From NCBI RefSeq assembly GCF_001194135.2, contig NC_068998.1, positions 1,338,494-1,374,815 of the forward strand: a stretch of 36,322 bases of DNA, written 5' to 3'. The first letter of the stretch is position 1; every line of letters begins with the position of its first letter. The stretch comes from Octopus bimaculoides. Lineage: Eukaryota. The notes under the pieces are model-generated. The model made no database searches, was not told the origin of the DNA, and saw nothing but the letters and a program-made list of their open reading frames with translations. A program made the translations under genes and the position numbers. This document shows, piece after piece, positions 12,785 through 24,875 of this stretch.

Positions 12785-13504
12785 TGACAGTGATAGGATA
12801 GACAGACGTGTATATATATATATATATACATGCATGCAATGTATGTATGCATACATGTATGTATGTATGTATGTATGTATGTATGTATGTATGCATGTAT
12901 GTATGTGTGTATGTATGTGTGTATGTATGTGTGTATGTATGTATAGAGAGGGGGTGGCGAGGGATAGAATTGATGGACGGATGGATACTAAAACTAGAAT
13001 GCCATAAAGAAAGATGAGAGAGAAGAAAGCAAGATTACTTCATATTTGGGTTTTGTTTATGGCATAATTGCGCATTAAAGCGCATTTCAGTATGTTATTG
13101 AGTGGAATGCATCAGTGTACATTGGTCATTTGTGTGCTAATAACATTGATGGCTGCAAGGGGCGTAGGACGATGTGATGATGTAAGGGCCAAACGGACAA
13201 GCTGAAGAAATAAAGGTTCTATTTGAGAGCTTGGTTGGTTATTTAGCTTCATGTATGTTATTACCAAGATCACATTAACATGTGCAATTAACGCTTTGAT
13301 GTATTCTAAGACGGAGTGGTTCCTGCTCATTTAACATCGATAACTTATTTTCTTATTACACTTCATAATGTAGATATTGCTGAAACAGGAGGACGAGCTT
13401 CAAAGTTAACCGGAAATAACGTCACATTATGCATGGACACTTCCGCTCTGTAAGTCCAATCTTTCTTCGGCCACTAATCATGAAATACATGCATAATTAC
13501 TTCG

Positions 13505-13542
<38 letters not shown>

Positions 13543-14030
13543 TCCCCTCCTACCTTCTATCGTGTTCTCTTGCTTATCTTCCTTCATATTGGTTTCCTTA
13601 TATTTCTCTAAATCTCCGGACTTCTTCCCTCTCTCTCTCTCCCTCTCTCTTTCTCTCTCCACACTCACTCACACACGCTCGTCCGTCTCATATCTGTGGT
13701 TAGGATGCTCTTAAATCTTTACATCACTAACCCTTTGCATCAGATCCCATTTAGTTTCTCTCTTCTTCAATTATATGCAATTTCTCTTCCAATAAGCTTT
13801 TGAGGAATTCTCTCTCGCAGCCTTACATTCGATATATCACATCGCTGTCATCGAAATTACAAACTAGCATCGATTACAGATATCTGATCCGTTCATTCTC
13901 TGTCCTGATGTGTTATCGATACATTAACAACTACAGTTGAACGAGAAATATCCTCAACCGACAAACATGCGCACTTAACCCTCATTGGCCCACATCACCT
14001 AACGTTGGGGAGTTAACGAGTTGATGCAAG

Positions 14031-14075
<45 letters not shown>

Positions 14076-14091
14076 ATAATAATAATTATCA

Positions 14092-14303
14092 AGGCATCGA
14101 GCTGGAAGAATTGTTAGCACGCCGGACGAAACACTTTGCGGCATTTCGTCCGGCTTTACGTTCTGAGTTCAAATTCCGCCGAGGTCGACTTTGTCTTTCA
14201 TCCTTTCGGGGTCGATTAATAAAGTACGAATGAAACACTGGGGTCGATGTAATCGACTATCCTCCTCCCCCAAATTTCAGACCTTGTGCCTATAGTAGAA
14301 AAG

Positions 14304-14335
<32 letters not shown>
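14092..14335 (+). mobile_element. SINE family C with (ATC)n tail, inserted in a (TAG)n tract
   Basis: GGCATCGAGCTGGAAGAATTGTTAGCACGCCGG..TGAGTTCAAATTCC (B-box-like)..TTTCATCCTTTCGGGGTCGAT (resembles the Meta/MESC-type central domain; assignment from memory)..CTGGGGTCGATGTAATCGAC. (TAG)n on both flanks. Confidence 0.85.
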
Positions 14336-14336
<1 letters not shown>

Positions 14337-16772
14337 GGTAGTAGTAGTAGTAGTGAGTTATCCAAACCCCAAAGAATTCCTCTCAACACATGGCTATGAT
14401 GCTCCCCCATTACTTCTGCTCGTGATCAGAGATGCACATATCATCAGCCACCAAGGGACATGCTTAACTGGTTAAGGTCAAACAACTGACAAGCAAATCT
14501 ACATACATACATACATACATACATACATGTATTAAACACGCACACACGCACGCACTCACACACATACGCACACACACATATGCAATGTAGGTGCTTAGTT
14601 TGTCCTCCGGTAGGCCGCCACATGACGCTGTGGGGATGACTCTCTCAAAGCGCCGATTGTTAAAACAACCGACGGCCATAGGCATGCGAGACATCTCACC
14701 CCAAATGCCATCCAGGAGCGATGAATATCGATGTTTCGCTATTTTTGTGGCTCATCAACATCACGTATCTGAACCGAGCCGGTGGCAAATTGAAAAGCCT
14801 GTCCATGACTATAGGTAAAATGGTCTAAAAAGCCATCTGATGGTATGCCCCGAATGATGAATTGATAGGAATAAATTCAAATATCGATTAGAAGCTGCGC
14901 TTGTGTTGCAAACATTATTGAACACCCAAACGCAACATATGCGTCTTGATTGTTCGCCGATAAGCTGCGAATTGGTCGGTGAAATATCTCAAAGCGCATA
15001 TATTTGTGGGGGGGGGGGTGAATACATGCATGCATATAGATGGATAGATACTTACTCATACAGATACATACGTGTACGCATGCATACATACATATACATA
15101 CGCAAACACACATTCATGCATACATACATGCGTATGATTCTGTGTAGTGTCTGCAAACGTGTGTGTGCATGTGCGTGTGTGTGTGTGTGTGTGTGTTGCT
15201 TTTCGTGTCTTCTTCCCGTTATTATCTACACCAATTATGTGAGTACAGAGCACACCACTTCAAAATCCTGCCACTCCAAACACCCCGCCATTTATCGTTA
15301 ATATATTTCACCAGCCACCCCCACCCCCACCCCGCTACCGCCCATAACCCCGTTTTTATGTGACACTACAACACTTTTGCCTAAGTAATGATAGTTTTAT
15401 CACCGACCTCGCTTTCGATTTAGCTGCCATGTTGGACACTGGCTTCTCTTACTTCATACTCACCCGTTTCTACTGTTGTTTGTTTTATAACCCCTTTATG
15501 TGACAAACTCCATGTTTTTGTCGTTGTAGTTGTTGATGTTGTTGTTGTTGTTCTTGAGATCCTTCGTGTGATGGTGGTGGCGCCGGTGTTGGTGATGTTC
15601 TTGTTTTTTTTTTTTCTTTTTTTCCGATAATCTCATCTCATATCGTATACGATGTTATTTGAGACTATCGGATTTGATATTATCCGAGGTGTTTAGTTTC
15701 TTTGTTAGTTATATCTGTATCAAATATCATGTTTAGAATAATTTCGACGTGGACGGATTATGAAGTGTGTATGTGTGTGTGTGTGTTTGTTTGTATATAT
15801 GAATGTGTGCGTGTATATGTAGTAATGTATATCTGTGGGTAAGTATATACACTCGTACACAGACACACAGACATACACCCTCATATACGATTATATGCAT
15901 GTTTGTAAATAGTAAGACACACAGACGCATATATACATATATGCGTACGTTTCTGTATGAGAGAGTATGAATGTAATTTGCAAATAAAATTACAATGATA
16001 TGTTTAATAAACATGGTTTTATACTCGTTGTAAATATGGAATATGTTGTTAAATCGTGAAGCTTTCAGAAGCAAAGATGAAAGTTTGAGGTGACTAATCA
16101 ATCAGTAATTAATCAATTATTATCGACTATTTTTAAAGCCATCGTCGGAACTCGATTACTTTCTGTGGTTGTTGAAATTGCATAGTGAGCCCTACTTTCT
16201 TATTACAGTAATACAATCACGCCAGTCCTTATTTCCAGAAGCCAGCGAAGTTAGCTGTATGAAACTGAATCGATAACACGGCATATTGGAGATTAACATC
16301 ATAAATCAGCTTACCACAGACTTCGTTGCAATTTTCACGGTGAAGTTAAAAATATATTGAAAGTTTACAAATATAATCGTATGTTTAACATGTTGCTGCT
16401 TCAAAAATATATATGTATACATACATACATATATATATATATGTGTGCACTACCACCACCACCACCACCACCACCACCACCACACACAAATACGGTTTCT
16501 GCTGAAATTCTGCAGAAATCGCAGGAAACTTTAAAATAAGATCGTAAAATACGTGATGGTTCTATCTGGAATGGCTTGAATCCTTTGTGCTCTGTCGCGG
16601 CTAAGCTGGGGCTAAAGAACACCTTTAATATCAATTCAACACCACCAACACCACCAGCGAAACCATCCAAACCCAAACATCTTCATAAAACCTTTATGTA
16701 ATTTCCCGTCTTCGCTAGAAATAGCAACAAAATCTATTTGAAATTAAATCTCACCTTTTTTTGTTTTTTTAG

Positions 16773-16829
16773 GAAAGAACGCGTTAGATAATGCGATCCG
16801 TAGCTTCCTAGACGTGATGGTCAGATCTG
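16773..16829 (+). CDS. Candidate 57-nt symmetric (phase 1-1) coding exon, unknown gene
   Basis: Acceptor TTTTTTGTTTTTTTAG (AG 16771-72) and donor G|GTATGT (GT 16830-31). Only one frame is open: xKNALDNAIRSFLDVMVRS. No homologue recognised. Confidence 0.4.
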
Positions 16830-17405
16830 GTATGTTTTGATCAAAGTTCTGCTAGATTCTGGGACGAATCAGATCAACCAACACCAGCCACAACAAAACA
16901 AAACACACAACGCTACAAGCCCCCCCTCCTCCCACCTCACCTCTATCGACATCCTCCCCTCCCACCCCAGCAACCACCTTAACCCAATGTCCAACTCAAT
17001 TAAATATCAACCCTCTCGCCCCTCCGCCTCCTTGTCATCCTCCATCAACACAATTCACACTCTCTTCGCCATCAACGGACAAAATTTTCACATCCAAGGT
17101 ACACACGCACACACGCACACACGCACACACACATGAATGTGTGTGTGTGTGTGTATATATATATGTACGTGTGTGTGTGTGTGTGTATAGACACGCTCTC
17201 TCTCTTTTTCGCTCTTTCTCCCTTTTACCTTTCTTTCTTCTTCAAAAACTTTAGCTGCTCCCTTTTGCACGCACATATAAACGCACGCATACATACACCT
17301 CACCCATAGACACACACACACACATCCCCCCATACTCACATACACACACATCCCCCCATACTCACATACACACACATACGCACATAGATAGATAGACAGA
17401 CAGAC

Positions 17406-17442
<37 letters not shown>

Positions 17443-18205
17443 TCACACGTAGCATATATCTACACACACACACTGATAGGCATCGTTAGATTTTCATGTG
17501 TGCGCATGTGTGTGCGTGTGTGTGTGTGTGTGTTTAAGCTCACATAACACTTTCTTTTTCACACACACACACACACATACACACACACATACACAAATGT
17601 ATGTGCGCCAAACAGAGTGAGAAAAACTGAGAAAAAACGCAGACATATAGATGAAAACAGAAACAAAGTGAGATAGAGAGGGAGATAGAGAAACAGAAAG
17701 CAAGAGAAAGAGGGAGAGAAAGAGAGGACGAAAGAGAAAGAGGGTTAGAGGGAAAGGCTGAGGGGGAGAGAGACAGAAAGAGACAGAGAAAGAGAGGAAA
17801 GACCTACGTTATTTTGTGACTTTTAATTCCCCAAATGGCTCTTTCGAGACATTTCTCTGCTATTTGATCCTCGAATAAAGTTGATGAGAAATTTCCAGTC
17901 TCCACAGCTCTCCGTACAGAGATCGCGGTAGGCCCTCACAACGGTGTGGCTTTCCTTAAAGTTACAGGGGTTTAGGGGACAGCAACATTTCTGTGGGGAC
18001 CGGGTAAAAATATGAATATTTTATTAGAGAGACACAAACAAGTGGATTTATGAGACGAGGTCATACCACTTTAGTAGCAAATGGGCCGAGTAATATGGAG
18101 TTGAAGCGATTAAAACAGAAATGAATAAACAGCGGGTGGACACACGTGTATAAGAATGTGTAGGTATGCGCGCATACACACTCATATACACACACGCAAA
18201 TACAT

Positions 18206-18240
<35 letters not shown>

Positions 18241-18327
18241 CACACACTTCTTAGTAGAATACATTTTTATTAAATTTTGCAAGGAAAAAATTGACAGTGA
18301 TTTCGAATTGCTCGCCTTCATTCAACC

Positions 18328-18449
<122 letters not shown>

Positions 18450-18456
18450 TGCAACT

Positions 18457-18642
18457 ATCGCATGACAGTCGATGTTGGTGTGTTTACGTCACCATAACTT
18501 TGCAATTCGGCAAAAAGAGACCGATAGAATAAATACTTGGTTTACAAAGAATAAGTGCTGGGATCGATTTCTTCGATTAAAAGGTGGTGCTCCAGCATGG
18601 CCGCAGCCAAATGACTGAAATATGTAAAAGAATCAAAGAATA
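18457..18642 (+). mobile_element. SINE family A 3' half
   Basis: GATGTTGGTGTGTTTACGTC...GAGACCGATAGAATAA...GGTGGTGCTCCAGCATGGCCGCAGCCAAATGACTGAAA plus AAAGAAT tail repeats. Confidence 0.9.
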
Positions 18643-18750
18643 TGTAGCATCACAACTACATAAACCTGCAAACGAAAGCCCGTTCCACGCTGACCCAGCT
18701 AATCGTCGCCACCTAAGCACCACAACTGCCACCTATGAGTATATATATAC

Positions 18751-18795
<45 letters not shown>

Positions 18796-19073
18796 TACGT
18801 GTTTGGGTGAGTTTATGAAAGTCATATCTTCCATAAGGAAATTTCATTTTATTTACCTAAAACATAGAATGTTTAACTCAGAGTCAAACGGTTTCCAATT
18901 TTCGCGGAAGATTTCGCCATAAAATGTGAGAAAACTATAATGAAAGATTTCGACAATTTCTAAATTACCCAACGAATTTTTAAAGACCGTGTTTTAAACT
19001 TGTGGCAATTTGTAGCAATAAATAACGAAGAAAGAAATAAATCTCTGATTTCTTCTCAATATTCTTCTTCCAG

Positions 19074-19228
19074 TATGACCTCTGACCATTTTACGTTCGG
19101 AGCAATGACGGCACCGAAGACATGAAGTCTCCGCAGAACCTCATAAAAATCCATTCATTTCCCTTGAAACCTATTTCAAACACAATTACTGATACAAGTT
19201 TCACAAACAGTTTTTCACACATCATGAG
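19074..19228 (+). other. Candidate 155-nt exon with strong splice sites but stops in all three entry frames
   Basis: Acceptor TTCTCAATATTCTTCTTCCAG and donor GAG|GTGAGT. TGA at 19076, 19083 and 19123 blocks the three frames. An internal ATG at 19122 stays open to the donor. Confidence 0.35.
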
Positions 19229-19504
19229 GTGAGTATATATATGTGTGTGTGTAAATATGTATATATGTATATACATATGTATGTATATATAAATATGTAT
19301 GTATGTACATGTATGTATATATATGTGTGTGTGTAGGTATGTAGGTGTGTGTGTGCGTGTGTGTGTACGTATATTCATACGCGCACACACATACACATAG
19401 CATAAATGAATGTTAGCACAGTGCTGGTTATTCATACTTATATGTAGGAAGACTCACTTTCTCATATATACATTCAAATAACTATTTCTGATGGGCAAAA
19501 TTTT

Positions 19505-19775
19505 GAACGAATTAAGGGCATGACTGATCTTGATTTCTGGGACCGCCTCAAAGCCTTGAAACTCTCCTCTCTCCAGCGCCGCCGCGAGCGGGACATCATT
19601 TGCCCGATATGGAGAATATATCGCCAGCATTGCCCAAACGCCCTGAACATTAGCTTCAAGGTTCATCCAAGGCTGGGACCACGGGCCATACGTCCCCTGC
19701 ACAATTTAGGATCACAACATATAGGTACACTGCGACACAATTTTTTTCCCCAACATTGTCCCAAAACTGATCAAA
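19505..19775 (+). mobile_element. 5'-truncated LINE ORF2 C-terminal fragment (CR1/L2-like)
   Basis: ERIKGMTDLDFWDRLKALKLSSLQRRRERDIICPIWRIY..HPRLGPRA..TLRHNFF matches the LINE post-RT motif (Y/F)W.RL..L.L.SL.RRRER. Confidence 0.8.
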
Positions 19776-19985
19776 GAGGAAAAGGTTCCCATCTCTTTTA
19801 TATATATTGATATTGATATTGATGTGTGTGTGGTGTGTGTTTTGTATGTGTTTGTTTATTCGTTACGTGTGGTTGTGTTTATATACAATACTCAAGAGAA
19901 GAATAAATCTTGTCAAAAATTAAATGTTGCTGAACGGAGAGAGAGGAAGAGAAAAAGAAAGACAGAGAGAGAGAGAGAGGGAGAC

Positions 19986-20019
<34 letters not shown>

Positions 20020-20407
20020 TTAAATATAGAAAGGCTTAAATATAAAATGTAATACGAAACAATATGTCGTCCAGCATTGCTTTATCGAGAGACGCAGGAA
20101 AAATGGCGACTTCTGGGGGGATGGTGTGAGGAGGGGAATGCAATTATTACCATTTTAGATTTGATTGTTGTAATTACACCGCCCTTCTTCTTTTTCTTCT
20201 TCTCTCCCTTCTTCTTCTCCCCTTTTTCCCACTTGTTGATGTTGATGTCTTTTCCTTTTACTTTCTTCCCTTGTCTTCGTTCTTCTTTCCTCTTCTTCTT
20301 CACTTGTTATTCTTCTTCTCCTCTCCCTTCACCTCCTTACTTCTTTCTTTTCTGCATCCCCCTTCTGTTACCCCCTTCTTCACCTCACCACCTTCACATT
20401 CTCACCC

Positions 20408-20438
<31 letters not shown>

Positions 20439-21827
20439 CTTCTGAACCATTCTTTTATTAATTGCAGGAAATACTAACTAATAAATCTAATGTTAAATTC
20501 ATCAATTTATTTCTCGATTTCAGATTTTAACCATTTACGCATTTTAGAATTGAATTCTGAGGCGCAATTTTTCCTTTCTTTTTTCTTCTCTTAATCTTAT
20601 TCATTGAAAAGATTCTCGTCATCGTCATCATCATCGTAAACACCTTTATCGTAATCATCCTCCTCCTCCTCATCATCATCATCATCATCATCATCAACAT
20701 CGTCGTCGTGACCGTTATCATCATCATCATCATCGTCGTTGTCGTTGTCAATCATCATCACCATTACCAACACCATCATTGTTATTGCTACCAACAGTGT
20801 TTTTGAAGTGAGTGCTTTGGAATCAGCAAGATGACCGACTGTTTGGGGTTGGTGGGGTGGGGGTATCACCCGAACGGTCCGTCTCGATTTGGGTCAGAAA
20901 ACCGGAGAACGGTGGCTGAGATACGGTCAGTGGTGAGTGGTTGCACGGACGTGGGGAGAAGCGGGGAGTCTGTCAAATAAGAGAGATTGGAATATCTGTC
21001 TGTCCAATGATCCTAATGGATTTTGTCTCTTGGAAGATACTGGCACGAAAGCTGAGTGACCCGAAATTATTAAGAACCTCGGATTCCGGTGGTTCACCAA
21101 AGAGTTGGATAATTTCAGCAGGAAGGGACCATTGATCAAGCTTCTCAGCACCGGACATCCATCAGCATTGGGTATATGTGTTTATGTATATTCATATGTG
21201 TGAGAACGTGTGTGTGCGAGTGTATGTGTGTGTGTGTGTGTGCATATGTGTGCGTGCATGTGTGTGTGTGTCGTCTCCAATGTGTTCCTCTGACGTGTAT
21301 TGTGTCCAACGCCTATTTTATTTACAACTGTTAAAACATACAAATTACTTTGGTGATGGCAGAGAGACGGCAACGGAACGGGGGCCGAGGGAGGGGGACG
21401 AGGGGCCAGTGAGCGAACGAAGGTTGGTGCCGAGCGGAGGAATAAGGGGGACGAGGAGATGGGGAAATGACGGGGGCTGCTTTCATTTGCCAGCTGTCAA
21501 CAAGTGATAAAGCTAACCATGAAACACCATCGCCATCATCATCATTACCGCCGTCACCAATAGCAGCAGCATTTTTATCACCATCACCATCATCATCATT
21601 ATCTTCCTCCTCCTCCTCCTCCTTACCATCAGCAGCATAGTCACTGTTGTCGTCGTCGTCATCATCATCATCATTATCATCAAAAGAATAATAATAAATA
21701 ATTCGTTTTATTGGCCACAAGGGCTAATATCAATTAAAAACATGGAAGGACGAAGACAGGGCGAAGGTTACAAAAGGTAGGAAAGTTCGTCTAAACAGAG
21801 GAAGAAAACGGAGAAAGATAATAATAA

Positions 21828-21953
21828 CGGAGCCACATGGAGCTTTAAGTATTTTCGCTCAATAAACACTCACAACGCCCGGTTTGGGAATCGAAACCGC
21901 GATCCTATGACCGCGAGCCCACTTCCCTAACCACTGGGCCATTGCGCCTCCAC
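21828..21953 (-). mobile_element. tRNA-derived SINE family B (head with Pol III boxes)
   Basis: Minus strand GTGGAGGCGCAATGGCCCAGTGGTTAGG (A box TGGCCCAGTGG) ... GGTTTCGATTCCC (B-box-like). A second copy lies at 25457-25587. Confidence 0.85.
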
Positions 21954-22669
21954 GCATTAGAAATAACAACATGAGTAACAAGTGGCCATTAGCAACAATG
22001 AGAACAACAACAACAGCAACAACACTAAAAGGTTATAAACCACAACAACAACAATAAGACCAGAGAAATCGTTTCCTTCTTTTATCTGTCTTTCTTCCTT
22101 TCTTTATTTTCTTCTTTCTTTTTCGGTTTTATTCGTCGGTCCTAAATCCTTCAGGAGTGTCGCGTCATTTTCGCAGAATATGGCTTCTTGGAGAAGATCT
22201 TATTTGTAGCAAGTGTCATGTCACGATCGAAAGATTTAGGAATGTTTACATCTAACAAGACAACTTTGATTCGTTGCTTCCATTCCAACATTCTTGCCGT
22301 CAACCACAAAACAACACTTAACCATTTCTCTTCAACTATTTACCAAATTTTCTGCGGGTTTTTGCTTTTTTTTTTCGGTGGTGGTGGTGGTGGGGGTGGT
22401 TTATATTTTCTAAAATCCCCACTTTGTATTTTAACACAATATATATATATGAGGGTTTTATGTTATACGATTGTTTTTTTATATTTGCTTTTGTCTAGTG
22501 TGGGTTTTTTTCCCTTAGTTAAAAGCGGTGTAATGTGACGTTTTCATTATCTTATATATGCGCTGCAAAAACAGCGAACCGGTTTCAATTCTCGGGTTGT
22601 TTTACTTCACTTTGAGTTGTTTATTTCCTTATGGGTAGAGTAAATGTTTTATTCAAGCATCGAAAAACA

Positions 22670-22810
22670 TACCCGGCCGTATTTAGTTACAGCTCTGTGT
22701 TTCTGAGTTCAAATCCTAAAGAGATCCCTAATGAAACTTTCATCATTTGGTGATCGATGAAGTAAAATACCAGTTATATATTGAGGTTGATATAATTCAC
22801 TCCTTCCTGG
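22670..22810 (+). mobile_element. Old, degenerate SINE family C copy
   Basis: TTCTGAGTTCAAATCC..ACTTTCATCATTTGGTGATCGATG..TACCAGTTA..TTGAGGTTGATATAAT resembles the family C core. Confidence 0.5.
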
Positions 22811-24506
22811 CCAACCAAATTTCATTCATTAACGATTAATCTTGATTTTTTTCACACTAGCAGGTAATTTATTACATATACGTGTGTACATGTGTGTGTG
22901 TGATGAAGACTAGCAGGACGAAACTTAGAAGTTACAGTTACCCCCCCCCCCAACCTTGTAAAAGTTAAATAAATATGGACTCTACAGAAAGTATTGAATA
23001 ATCCTTCAATTTAATGTTGAATTGCGTTTATTATAACTCAACATAAAAACCTTAACACGTATGTCCGTGTGCACGCGCGCGCCAGCGTATGTGTGTGTGT
23101 CTGTGTTTGTGTGTGTATATATATAAACATATGCACACACACACACACACACGTATATGCATATGTATATATAGTCTATGCATTATGAAAATCAAAACAC
23201 CCACCTGAATATATCGAGTGAATGAGTGGGGTGGGGAGGGATTATATTTAAAACATTTTATTGGACGGATTATCGTTAAATTATTCCATTCCATTTTATA
23301 AAGTGTTACGTATTCTATGAACCTCAGCGGGGCGAAATGCAGGATTTCAGCCTCAAAACGTGATGTGACGTAGCTCAATGTACCCCAGTGGACCCCTTGC
23401 TCAACACTCTTCTGTTACTGACCATCCAAGGACACTGGACTCAGAATGGTCATCTTCCTGACCAATCCAAGACTCTGTTTCCTCCTGCAACTGGTAAGAT
23501 GGACCAGTTATGTTTCTACTTAACATAAACGGGATGTTTTGGAAGGGCTGATAGGGTGTCGGGTGTCGGGTCGGGTAAGGTTAATTGAACCAGGAGGAAT
23601 AGGTCGTAAAATATAAAAGCCATTTCCAGAAATTCCATCGCCGGTATCGGTACCCGGAATATGTCGGGTGGCAGGGGAATGGTTGGTATAGGGTGTGGCG
23701 GGTAGAGTTGATGCTACTCTTAACTCTAAGAGGCGGAATTGACAAACCTATCACTCCCTTGACAGTTTCGGAATTGGTAACAAGGTGACACTTCTGCTCT
23801 TCTGTTGCAGACCACCNNNNNNNNNNNNNNNNNNNNNNNNNNNNNNNNNNNNNNNNNNNNNNNNNNNNNNNNNNNNNNNNNNNNCACCACCACCACCACC
23901 ACCACCGCCACCACCATCACTATCGGCGCCATCGCCACCAACATCACCACGAATACAACTACAATCATCATCGTCACACCAACACCACAAACATCCCCAC
24001 CACCATCACCACCGTTTTCACGGCCGCCATCAACATTAATATTATAAAGAAGAATATGTTATAAAATGAGCGAGTGACATTTGTTGATGTTGTTTCTGTT
24101 GTTGATAGTGATGATGGAGTTGGGAAAGTAGGGGGAGCAGTGATGCTTCTACGTGGTGTTGGTGGTGTTGGTGGTGGTGCTTGGGGGTGAGAGTGGAGAG
24201 ACAAGATCCTGGCTGAATGTGACGCCCGTTATTCATGAAGACAGTTCATCTTGGCTGCCAGAGTTTGGTAAGTTGATGAAAGCTCCCAGAAAACGGAAAA
24301 GGGGAACATTTGTTCCCGGCTTTCGTTGTTTCCCTACCTACCTACCTAACTACATACATACATACATACCTACATGGATACATATGTACATATATACATA
24401 CATAGATGTATGTATGTGTATATAAACACACAAATGCATATACATATACATATACATATATCTATGTATAATATATAGGCGCAGTAGTAGTAGTAGTAGT
24501 AGTAGT

Positions 24507-24537
<31 letters not shown>

Positions 24538-24798
24538 ATAGTAGTAACGGGAGGAGGAGGTGGAGCAGGAGTTTGGTGGTTGTTTGTAGAAGTGAATGAC
24601 TACTCCTAGTAGTAGTAGGAGTAGTAGTAGTGGTGGTGGTGGTGGTGGTGGTGATTGTGGTGGCGGTGGATGTTGGCGAGTAGCGGTTAGTGATGTAAGC
24701 CGTGTACTGACCCGATTACTCCTTTTAATTGACCGTGTGATGTCCAGTTAATTAGTAATCTGTTGGCCATGTTCGATCATGTTTACCACGCTAAATGC

Positions 24799-24875
24799 GA
24801 CCTTTGACATAGGAAATTATATCTGACCTTTGACCTAGGAAATTATTATCTAACCTTTCACCCAGGAAATCATCT
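24799..24875 (+). repeat. Three-copy ~26-bp tandem repeat containing a perfect DR1 nuclear-receptor element
   Basis: GACCTTTGACATAGGAAATTATATCT / GACCTTTGACCTAGGAAATTATTATCT / AACCTTTCACCCAGGAAATCATCT. TGACCTTTGACCT lies at 24824-24836. Confidence 0.75.

Noticed and set aside
13374-13449. Possible 76-nt exon (TAG acceptor, GTAAGT donor); similar chance candidates at 22155 onward, 24207-24268 and minus-strand 9788-9841
   Set aside because: Weak acceptor or no donor, phases incompatible with the better candidates, and short open frames arise easily by chance.
16251-16262. Partial matches to conserved microRNAs (miR-9 3' end here; miR-92-like at 6586; miR-7-like at 30947; miR-87-like at 35762)
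   Set aside because: Only 9-12 nt match and there is no precursor hairpin.
16773-16829. Resemblance of NALDNAIRSFLDVMVRSG to pigment-dispersing factor
   Set aside because: Only scattered identities after introducing a gap; molluscan PDF/cerebrin peptides look different, and no signal peptide exon was found.
23388-23490. VPQWTPCSTLF resembling the RT motif GVPQGS..PTLF
   Set aside because: Too short, and no downstream YADD-region similarity.
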